DNA of 32,000 nucleotides. Source: Candidatus Brocadia sp. (GTDB lineage: Bacteria > Planctomycetota > Brocadiia > Brocadiales > Brocadiaceae). How positions within the stretch are numbered: the stretch's first letter is position 1; each line of letters opens with the position of its first letter. Below the pieces are notes generated by a model that made no database searches, was not told where the DNA came from, and saw only the letters and a list, made by a program, of their open reading frames with translations. The position numbers were made by a program, and so were the translations under genes. Below are positions 25,154 through 32,000 of this stretch, piece after piece. Location of the stretch: contig CP091279.1 of the NCBI GenBank assembly GCA_021650915.1, forward strand, positions 2,940,001-2,972,000, in the 5' to 3' direction.

Positions 25154-25643
25154 CAGCATTAACAATTGCCGAAAGGATATCGTGAACAAAATTATTCCTT
25201 ATGCAAGAAGGGACAAGAGGATTGTTTTGCTTGTCTGCGATATGGGATTCGGAGTTACTGATAAATTTCAGGAAGAATTTCCTGACAAAATTTTTAATAT
25301 GGGTATGATGGAACAGGGGACGGTTGGTATTGCCGCGGGCATGGCAATGACCGGTTTTATACCCATTGTCTATTCCATCGTGAATTTCCTTGTTTTTCGC
25401 GCTATTGAACAGATACGCAATGATGTGGTACTGCAAAATCTGAATGTCAAATTTATTGCCACCGGGGTAAACAATTATTTCAGGTTTTTGGGACCTTCCC
25501 ACTGCTGCGGGGAAGACGACAAAAAAATCATGCGCCTGATCAACATGAAGGTATTTGATCCCTATGAGGGGAAAAAGGTCGAGATTGATACGTTGATAAA
25601 TGATTGGATTACCGATCCGGGGCCGGGATACTTCAGGGTGTAA
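25146..25643 (+). CDS. Transketolase pyrimidine-binding subunit, unusually short (165 aa)
   Basis: FNMGMMEQGTVGIAAGMAMTGFIPIVYS (Pyr domain with the conserved Glu). The ORF ends soon after the Pyr domain, with no room for the usual C-terminal TKC domain. ATGAATGA overlap with the upstream subunit. Confidence 0.7.
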   Translation: MNDSINNCRKDIVNKIIPYARRDKRIVLLVCDMGFGVTDKFQEEFPDKIFNMGMMEQGTVGIAAGMAMTGFIPIVYSIVNFLVFRAIEQIRNDVVLQNLNVKFIATGVNNYFRFLGPSHCCGEDDKKIMRLINMKVFDPYEGKKVEIDTLINDWITDPGPGYFRV

Positions 25644-25716
25644 CGATCCCTGTCAAAAGAACAGAGCGTACGGAAGAAAATGGCAGCGGGAACGAAAAGA
25701 TAAATGGGGTGAACGA

Positions 25717-26820
25717 ATGGGTGAATTGGTTCTTGACGGGCATAAGCTTGCCTGGCACAAAGACCGTGTCGATGCCTGGTTGCAGGGCGAACGGATTGCT
25801 CCGGTAACGATTGATTGTGCATTGACTCGATCCTGTACCTACCGGTGTGTCTATTGCTATGGGATGCTTCAGTCAAACGATATAAAGAGAATGACCCGGG
25901 ATGTCATATTCAGGTTTTTGGATGACGCAGCAGAAATTGGGGTAAAAGGTATCAGTTTTGTCAGTGATGGAGAAAGTACGTGTTCTCCTCATTTGTATGA
26001 TGCTATTCTCAGAGGCAGGCAAAACGGCCTGGATATGGCGTTAGGAACGAATGGATATCTGTTAAAAGAGGAACGATTAGAGGAGGCATTAGCGGCTTTA
26101 ACGTATCTTCGGTTCAATATTTCTGCGGCAGAAGCTGACCGATATACGGGAATACACGGATGCGAAGAAGGGTGTTATGGTAGGGTGATCAACGTAATAA
26201 AAGCATGCGTGAAAATAAAGAAAGAGAAAAATCTTGAGGTAACCCTTGGATTGCAGATGGTATTGTTGCCGGAATTTGCAGACCAGATTATACCGTTGGC
26301 AAAATTAGGAAGAGAACTTGGCGTTGATTATCTTGTCATTAAACATTGCAGTGATGACGAAAGGGGAAGTCTTGGCGTTGATTATTCAAAATATTATGAA
26401 TTGGCAGAGGTGCTGAAAAAAGCCGAAACCTATTCTGATGATAAATATCTGGTTAAGGCAAAATGGTCTAAGATTTTAAGCGGTGGAAAACGAAATTACA
26501 GCCGCTGCTACGGGCCGCCTTTTATCATGCAGTTTTCTGGTTCCGGGCTGGTAGCCCCGTGTGGTATGCTTTTCAACGAAAGATATAAAGAATACCATAT
26601 GGGAAATATTGCCGATACATCATTCAAAAAGATATGGCAGAGTGATCGTTATTGGGAGGTTGTCAATTTAATAGCTTCAGAAAAATTTGATGCCAGAACG
26701 ATGTGCGGCTCTCTCTGTTTGCAGCATAAGGTTAATGAATGTTTGTGGGCTTTAAGGCATGAGAACGCCATCCTTACGAGGGAAGACGCTCGGCCTCCGA
26801 TGCATATAAATTTTATCTGA
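25717..26820 (+). CDS. Radical SAM / SPASM-like protein, paralog B
   Basis: CTYRCVYC motif. It shares with paralog A the blocks HKLxxHxxRVxxWLxG, (T/G)TNG, LGxQxxLLPE, G(M/V)DYLVIK, RNYxxC, FxxIW, LWxLRH and the ending PPxHxNFI. I prefer ATG at 25717 (GGGGTG Shine-Dalgarno-like motif upstream) over the track start at 25600. Confidence 0.85.
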   Translation: MGELVLDGHKLAWHKDRVDAWLQGERIAPVTIDCALTRSCTYRCVYCYGMLQSNDIKRMTRDVIFRFLDDAAEIGVKGISFVSDGESTCSPHLYDAILRGRQNGLDMALGTNGYLLKEERLEEALAALTYLRFNISAAEADRYTGIHGCEEGCYGRVINVIKACVKIKKEKNLEVTLGLQMVLLPEFADQIIPLAKLGRELGVDYLVIKHCSDDERGSLGVDYSKYYELAEVLKKAETYSDDKYLVKAKWSKILSGGKRNYSRCYGPPFIMQFSGSGLVAPCGMLFNERYKEYHMGNIADTSFKKIWQSDRYWEVVNLIASEKFDARTMCGSLCLQHKVNECLWALRHENAILTREDARPPMHINFI

Positions 26821-26876
26821 CGGGGTTACAAAGGAGTCAGGACGAAAAGCTGTTGTCCTATTTTGGATAAACGCCC

Positions 26877-27725
26877 ATGAAACCAATCGTTATTCCACAA
26901 ACGTATAATTATATTGCCACATTTTTATCCCTCACCTGCAATCTCAGGTGCAGCTATTGCATTAATTATTTCGAGGAAGGTAATTTTAATAAAAAGCAGA
27001 TCTCCGGCAAAGAATGGGTTGAAGGATTGAACAGGGTGGTTCCCAGAGAAGATCTCCCCCTTTCACTCCAGGGTGGAGAACCAAGCCTTCATAAGGACTT
27101 TATCTCTATCCTGAATCATATTAAACCGCAGTTAAATGTTGATATCCTGACGAATCTGCAGTTCGATGAAGACGAATTTATCCGTAAGGTAGACCCCAAC
27201 AGAATTAAAAGAAAATCTCCTTACGCCTCGATACGAGTCAGTTATCATCCTGCAACCATGAAACTTGAACCTCTGGTTAAAAAAGTCCTTACATTACAAA
27301 GGAACGGTTTTAGTGTCGGAATTTGGGGAGTAATGCACCCGGCACAAGAAGCGGAGATATTGAGGGCAAAGGAGTATTGCACTGCTTCAGGAATAGACTT
27401 TCGCACGAAGGAGTTTCTCGGTGAACATAACGGGAAGAGGTATGGTACCTACCGTTACGAAGGGGCATGTGATAAAAAATTTGCAAAAAAAGTCTTGTGT
27501 AAAACAACAGAACTTATTATCGGCAGCAGTGGCGACGTTTACCGGTGTCACAGTGATCTTTATGAGAACAGGAAGCCGATCGGGAATATCCTGGATGAAG
27601 ATTTTGAGATAGAAGATACCTTTCGTGAATGTAATGTCTTTGGACATTGCAATCCTTGTGATGTGAAAGTGAAGACAAACCGTTTCCAGGAATTCGGTCA
27701 TACTTCGGTGGAGATTATCTTTTAG
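26877..27725 (+). CDS. Radical SAM protein (small; third type)
   Basis: 282 aa. CNLRCSYC motif, LQGGEPSL, and a C-terminal Cys cluster (CHSDL..CNVFGHCNPCDV). Confidence 0.8.
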   Translation: MKPIVIPQTYNYIATFLSLTCNLRCSYCINYFEEGNFNKKQISGKEWVEGLNRVVPREDLPLSLQGGEPSLHKDFISILNHIKPQLNVDILTNLQFDEDEFIRKVDPNRIKRKSPYASIRVSYHPATMKLEPLVKKVLTLQRNGFSVGIWGVMHPAQEAEILRAKEYCTASGIDFRTKEFLGEHNGKRYGTYRYEGACDKKFAKKVLCKTTELIIGSSGDVYRCHSDLYENRKPIGNILDEDFEIEDTFRECNVFGHCNPCDVKVKTNRFQEFGHTSVEIIF

Positions 27726-27912
27726 AAACGGGCTGGAACACTGGCAAACAAGGATTTTCAAAAGAGGAGATTATCTGAAGACAACGCATCTTGAGGTTAT
27801 GGCTTTTGCTGAATTTTGTTTCTAAGCCTGAAGTCAGACGGAAAGTGTTTGATACTATGAGAAAGTAGTTTTATCCGTGTTTACCCGCAAAAACCTGTGC
27901 CCTCATGAAATC

Positions 27913-29277
27913 ATGTCAATGGCAAATACGAATAGTATCAAAGAAAAATTCTCACCCATTCAAAAACTCAACAGCGAAGTGTATGACATCCTTGTTCATG
28001 ACAAACTCGAATTCAATCCCCTCGTACGGCTCAAAAAGAGTGCAAAACAATCCGTAAGAAGATACAAGGCCGGGGGATTAAAGGCGGTTTTTCATAACTC
28101 CCTTAAGCAGCTTATGAACAGAATAAACACCCCTTCCGGTAAAAAAAAGATACTGTATATCACGATCACCCCGTCCTTTAACCTGTTACGCCAAAGTATC
28201 TATATTCGTAAAAAGGAGGATTATGAAACGATTCTCCTCATGGAAAGTCCATGGTTGTTCAAACTTATGGAACAACACTTTGACGCTGTGTATATGTATG
28301 ATACCTATTATGAACTAGCCACTATCCTGAAAGAAGCAAAACCATTCATAATCCACGTACAAGGATCTATGCTGGGGTCCGATTTTTTGTGTATCCTTGC
28401 CAGACTGTTGAATGAAACAAAAGTAGTTTTTGAGTTTTTTGATGTACCAAGTCTTTGTATTGCAAAAGAAGATGGTATGCCTGTGTGGGGAAAGAAAAAT
28501 ACAGAGCTTGGTTTCTTTGCAGAACAATATGCCTGTGAAAACGCACATGGCATTATCTTAGGGTATTCTTATGAAGCCGCAAAAATCCTTAAAGAACGGT
28601 ACTGTGTAAAAGCCCCGGTTCTGGAATTCCATACTTACGTATGTAGCGAGTTTGTGTCAAAACAGAATACGACCAGGTATTCGGAGGAGGATGGAAAAAT
28701 TCATCTGGTGTACGGCGGGAATGTAGCGCCTTCCAATCTGCCGCAAAAGATATTCGCCGATGTTCAATTTCACGAATTGATAAAAGGAATCACAAAACAA
28801 GGCCTTTATTTTGACATATATGCGTCCCCCCATGTCAGTCCCGTAAAGTTTGAGTTATTTTTTTCTGATTATCTTGCCATCTCCCGAGAAAACAATCTTT
28901 TTAGGTTAAAAAAGGGGCTTTTCCCGGATACAGCGGCACATGAATTTTCCCGGTATGACTTTGGAATGATGGTTTATTTATTCAATCAGGGAACTTTTTT
29001 AAACGATGCCCTTCAAACGAGGTTGCCGGGAAAGTTCTTCTTATACCTGGAGGCAGGCCTCCCTATCGTAATAAGTGAAGAATTGGCGTATGTTGCAAAG
29101 ATCGTGAGAGAATATGAAATAGGCATTGTTGTACGCCAGGCAGAGATAGATAACCTCTCGAAAATAATTCCTGGCTACCATTATGAGCAGCTGAAAAATA
29201 ATGTCATTGCTGCAAGGAAGGAGCTTTCTATGGAAACTCATATTGAAAAACTTCTGAAATTTTATGAGAATTTATGA
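27913..29277 (+). CDS. GT-B-fold glycosyltransferase-like protein, paralog B
   Basis: Paralog of 21846-23243 along its whole length. PGKFFLYLEAGLPIVISEELAYVAKIVREYEIGIVV. The track starts at GTG 27877; ATG at 27913 gives an N-terminal length closer to paralog A. Confidence 0.6.
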   Translation: MSMANTNSIKEKFSPIQKLNSEVYDILVHDKLEFNPLVRLKKSAKQSVRRYKAGGLKAVFHNSLKQLMNRINTPSGKKKILYITITPSFNLLRQSIYIRKKEDYETILLMESPWLFKLMEQHFDAVYMYDTYYELATILKEAKPFIIHVQGSMLGSDFLCILARLLNETKVVFEFFDVPSLCIAKEDGMPVWGKKNTELGFFAEQYACENAHGIILGYSYEAAKILKERYCVKAPVLEFHTYVCSEFVSKQNTTRYSEEDGKIHLVYGGNVAPSNLPQKIFADVQFHELIKGITKQGLYFDIYASPHVSPVKFELFFSDYLAISRENNLFRLKKGLFPDTAAHEFSRYDFGMMVYLFNQGTFLNDALQTRLPGKFFLYLEAGLPIVISEELAYVAKIVREYEIGIVVRQAEIDNLSKIIPGYHYEQLKNNVIAARKELSMETHIEKLLKFYENL

Positions 29278-29439
29278 CTCAGAAAATAATGTTGGGAAAA
29301 TCTCCGTTGTCGTTCATCTGCTTCATTCTCCGCATGGCAGAAACCTCTTTTTTTCTATGGAGTATAACCGGCAAAATAGTTTATAATCAGCGCTATTGCA
29401 GATAGAAGCCAAGGTTCCATCATTTTCAGAAATGCGGAT

Positions 29440-31107
29440 ATGAATCAAAAAGAGAACGTAATAACAGATAAAATACTTTGGATACTCTTGCTTTTGGCTT
29501 GTGCAATACGCCTCTATATCTGGTATGTAACCCCGATAATCTCTACGGACGGCATCTCTTATATAAATACAGCAAAACATTTCGTAGCGGGAAACTTTTA
29601 CGAAGGATTAAAACACGCATACCATCCCTTGTATCCCCTGTTTATATCGGCACTCTCAGTTATGGGTATCGGATTTGAGACTGCAGGAAGGCTTGTTTCC
29701 TTATGTTTTGGCACACTTTCCGTAGCAGCGGTATATTTTTTTGGAAAAAAGATGTTTGACTTGAGGATAGCCGTTGTATCGGCAATTCTCCTTGCCTTCC
29801 ATCCTTATGCCGCGAGACTATCGGCCAATGTAAGGTGTGATGCGATGTATTTCTTTTTTTATCTGCTTGGATTTGGCCTGGGTTATTTAGCCCTTACTTT
29901 AAAGGAATCGTATCTCTTTTTCCTTGCTGGCATAGCAAGTGCATTTGCATATCTTACCAGACCCGAAGGAGTAGGTATCCTGCTCATAGTAAGCCTCTGG
30001 ATAGGTATCCAATTCATAACACGTGAGCGTTCTGCCTGGAGGAATTACCTGAAGAAATTCTGTCTACTGCTCGTTGGATTTTTTATCTTTTCAAGCCCGT
30101 ATTTATTATACCTGAGAGATTATACAAATTCCTGGACACTCACGCAAAAAAAGCAGATATCTGATATGAGCGGCATTACCGCTATGAGTGATATGGTGCA
30201 TAATTTCCAACAATGGAAAATTAATGAGGTGAATAACACACCATGGGATGATTTTTCCTATGATAAAGTGGTTCCTGAACGCGATGCTGGCAAACAAGGT
30301 CTTCATCCCGTCCACACGACAACCGTTAAGCATACATCAGGTACGAAATACTTCCAATCACTCTGTTCGGTCTTAAACGAATTTATTATTACTATCCATT
30401 ACCCATTCGTGATCTTTTTCATAATTGGCATTATGTACGTAATAAAAAATAAGAGAAAGAAAACGGTAAACTTCTATATCGCATCGTATCTGGTCCTTTT
30501 TTTATTGATATTGTATTTTCTGAAGTTAACGACTGGTTATGCTGGTCACCGGCATCTTTTAAATGTGATACTGATTACGCTCTTCTGGACGGGAATAGGA
30601 ATAAGCAATACCTATTCATGGCTCATAAAAAAGATACCACTATGGCAACCCGCACAAGCAGAGAATATTCTTTCCCGAAGCGGCATTATTTTTTTGTGTC
30701 TGATTGTCACTTTCTTTCTGCCAAAGACGTTAAAGTCTTTTAAATCCGAAGGCATTTACAAAGATGCAGGCCTATGGATCAAGACCTTTTACTCCAATGT
30801 TCCTGCGGTTCTCACAGACGATTCGATAATCACATTTTATGCAGGTGTTCAAAGGCTGAAGATACCAAAAAAGAATACGTACGAAGAAATCGTAGCATAT
30901 GCCAGGGCAAACAAAGTAGACCTTATTGCCGTAACAGATGATATTGTTGAGTATGATCAGGATTTCTTTTCAAAAATAAATCCCCATGATTTAAAAGAGC
31001 TGTATCGCGGAACGGCCAAAACGGAAAAGGTGGTTATCTATCAGGTTCTCCGTATAAATGAACAGCGAAGCAGTGCAAAACTTCATACCGATGAAAAAGA
31101 GGAATAG
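29440..31107 (+). CDS. GT-C-fold glycosyltransferase (ArnT/PMT, family 39/83-like) with C-terminal soluble domain
   Basis: 555 aa, multi-pass membrane protein. The N-terminal TDGISYINTAKHFVAGNF..YHPLYPLFISAL..GRLVSLCFGTLSVAAVYFFGKKMF..LLAFHPYAARLS fits the ArnT/PMT_2 pattern. Confidence 0.7.
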   Translation: MNQKENVITDKILWILLLLACAIRLYIWYVTPIISTDGISYINTAKHFVAGNFYEGLKHAYHPLYPLFISALSVMGIGFETAGRLVSLCFGTLSVAAVYFFGKKMFDLRIAVVSAILLAFHPYAARLSANVRCDAMYFFFYLLGFGLGYLALTLKESYLFFLAGIASAFAYLTRPEGVGILLIVSLWIGIQFITRERSAWRNYLKKFCLLLVGFFIFSSPYLLYLRDYTNSWTLTQKKQISDMSGITAMSDMVHNFQQWKINEVNNTPWDDFSYDKVVPERDAGKQGLHPVHTTTVKHTSGTKYFQSLCSVLNEFIITIHYPFVIFFIIGIMYVIKNKRKKTVNFYIASYLVLFLLILYFLKLTTGYAGHRHLLNVILITLFWTGIGISNTYSWLIKKIPLWQPAQAENILSRSGIIFLCLIVTFFLPKTLKSFKSEGIYKDAGLWIKTFYSNVPAVLTDDSIITFYAGVQRLKIPKKNTYEEIVAYARANKVDLIAVTDDIVEYDQDFFSKINPHDLKELYRGTAKTEKVVIYQVLRINEQRSSAKLHTDEKEE

Positions 31108-31289
31108 CGTTTTCTTGTTGTAATAAAGACACGCAGAGTATCAATCAAATATTGATAAAGTCTGATATCGACAATTTTTACGGTGTCGGTTATTTGCTTT
31201 GCTGTAAGAGGACGTGATTCTTTTATTATGAAAAAAATCGGGGCGGAAGGTTATTGATAGGTAAAGATACCGTGAAATGGTGGAAAAAG

Positions 31290-32000
31290 TTACTTCTTGA
31301 TATTGAGTTCGTCCAGTATCTCCTGCGCAAGCTCTCTGACGGAACCATCTTCATCGTTGAGTGCATGTTTTATAAACTCAATGGCCGCCTCATTACCCAC
31401 CTCGCCTAATGCTTCAACGGCGCTTTCACGCACCCAGGGATCCCGATCATTGAGCGCTACGGAAAGCACGTCGGCAACATTTTTGTCGCCAATATCCAGC
31501 AAGGCATCAATAGCGCTTAATCGAACATCTTCGATAGGGTCGCTTGCAAGCGCCTTCGAGAGAATTTCTACCGCTCGTATGTCTTTGCTTTCTCCTAACG
31601 CTATAATGGCATCCTCCCTTTTCCCCGGGTCTTCACTCTCTGCGGCGTCTTTTGCCAGGGTTTCAAAGGCAATCGGCTCCTTTTTTGCGTTGCTTTTTTT
31701 GGCGACGGGCAATCCGGGTTTTGGGGTAAGTTTTCTGGAAGGTTCCTCCTTTCCTTTGGTAAATATTTCTTTCGATTTGCTGGCGCTTACGATGGAAAGT
31801 TTTCCTTCTTTTCCATCATTGTGGGAAAAAACAAAGGCATAATTTTTATCTCTCAGAATTCTTCGAACCCCCTCTCTGATCGGTAAACTTTGGAATTCTA
31901 TGGTAATGGTTCCATCAATTGAGTCATTGAGCCATATCCTGGCTCCGCTTTGTGACATGATTTCTTTTAATACCGCTTCCAGCGGAGAGTTCTTCAGTTT
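31290..32000 (-). CDS. STN-like domain + HEAT (PBS-lyase type) repeat protein; 5' end beyond the window
   Basis: The reading frame stays open upstream of the listed Met to the window edge (..KLKNSPLEAVLKEIMSQSGARIWLNDSIDGTITIEF.., an STN/secretin-N-like pattern). The C-terminus has repeated DxxxxVRxxAxxALGxxG HEAT_PBS units (DPIEDVRLSAIDALLDIG, DRDPWVRESAVEALGEVG, DEDGSVRELAQEIL). Confidence 0.7.
   Translation of the reverse strand, partial: KLKNSPLEAVLKEIMSQSGARIWLNDSIDGTITIEFQSLPIREGVRRILRDKNYAFVFSHNDGKEGKLSIVSASKSKEIFTKGKEEPSRKLTPKPGLPVAKKSNAKKEPIAFETLAKDAAESEDPGKREDAIIALGESKDIRAVEILSKALASDPIEDVRLSAIDALLDIGDKNVADVLSVALNDRDPWVRESAVEALGEVGNEAAIEFIKHALNDEDGSVRELAQEILDELNIKK

Noticed and set aside
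25600-25716. 39-codon N-terminal extension of radical SAM paralog B, and the analogous 23206 start of paralog A
   Set aside because: The extension is Arg/Lys-rich, overlaps the upstream gene end and has no counterpart in the paralog. The downstream ATGs (25717, 23236) align the two paralogs and have better initiation context.
20229-27725. Radical SAM cluster as a ladderane-lipid biosynthesis locus (radical SAM genes have been proposed for ladderane synthesis in anammox bacteria)
   Set aside because: No fab/ACP/desaturase-type lipid genes are present. The neighbours are glycosyltransferases, a flippase, a carbamoyltransferase and a GT-C enzyme, which points to glycan tailoring.
1-32000. Search for CRISPR arrays, tRNA/rRNA genes and large tandem repeats
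   Set aside because: No regularly spaced repeat-spacer arrays were seen. No cloverleaf-like or rRNA-like segments were recognised by eye. The repeats present are isolated palindromes or short direct repeats.

Overview
This 32-kb bacterial window has moderate GC. Gene content suggests an anaerobe using the Wood-Ljungdahl pathway, possibly a Planctomycetota/anammox-like organism, but taxonomy cannot be established from sequence alone. It falls into three blocks. (A) 1-7.6 kb, minus strand, core metabolism: a partial DUF2156 gene, glgC, metF, a hicBA toxin-antitoxin pair plus a nested palindrome inserted between metF and metV, metV, a 690-aa GltD/NfnB-like-ferredoxin-MvhD fusion, and yjbQ. (B) 7.6-13.3 kb, a compositionally mosaic accessory island between yjbQ and nadB. 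It holds intergenic repeats, a consensus promoter, and a translationally coupled TcmP / Gp37-Gp68 (DUF5131) pair of unknown function. It also holds an inverted-repeat-bounded scar with an IS91-like transposase tail, a GC-rich SLOG + TIR-like (nucleoside-deoxyribosyltransferase-fold) fusion gene followed by an integron attC-like imperfect palindrome, and a vapBC module. (C) 15.9-31.1 kb, a co-directional glycan cluster: carbamoyltransferase, Wzx-like flippase, GT9, a B12-binding radical SAM, two paralogous GT-B-like proteins, two paralogous radical SAM/SPASM-like proteins, a third radical SAM, a minimal split transketolase and a GT-C (ArnT/PMT-like) enzyme. nadB, a secreted protein and a partial STN+HEAT-repeat gene fill the rest. 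I found no rRNA, tRNA or CRISPR arrays. The best novelty candidates are the TcmP/DUF5131 module with the adjacent SLOG-TIR-like cassette (putative defence or nucleic-acid modification island) and the radical-SAM-dense, internally duplicated glycan-tailoring cluster. All family assignments rest on motif recognition by eye, not on database searches.
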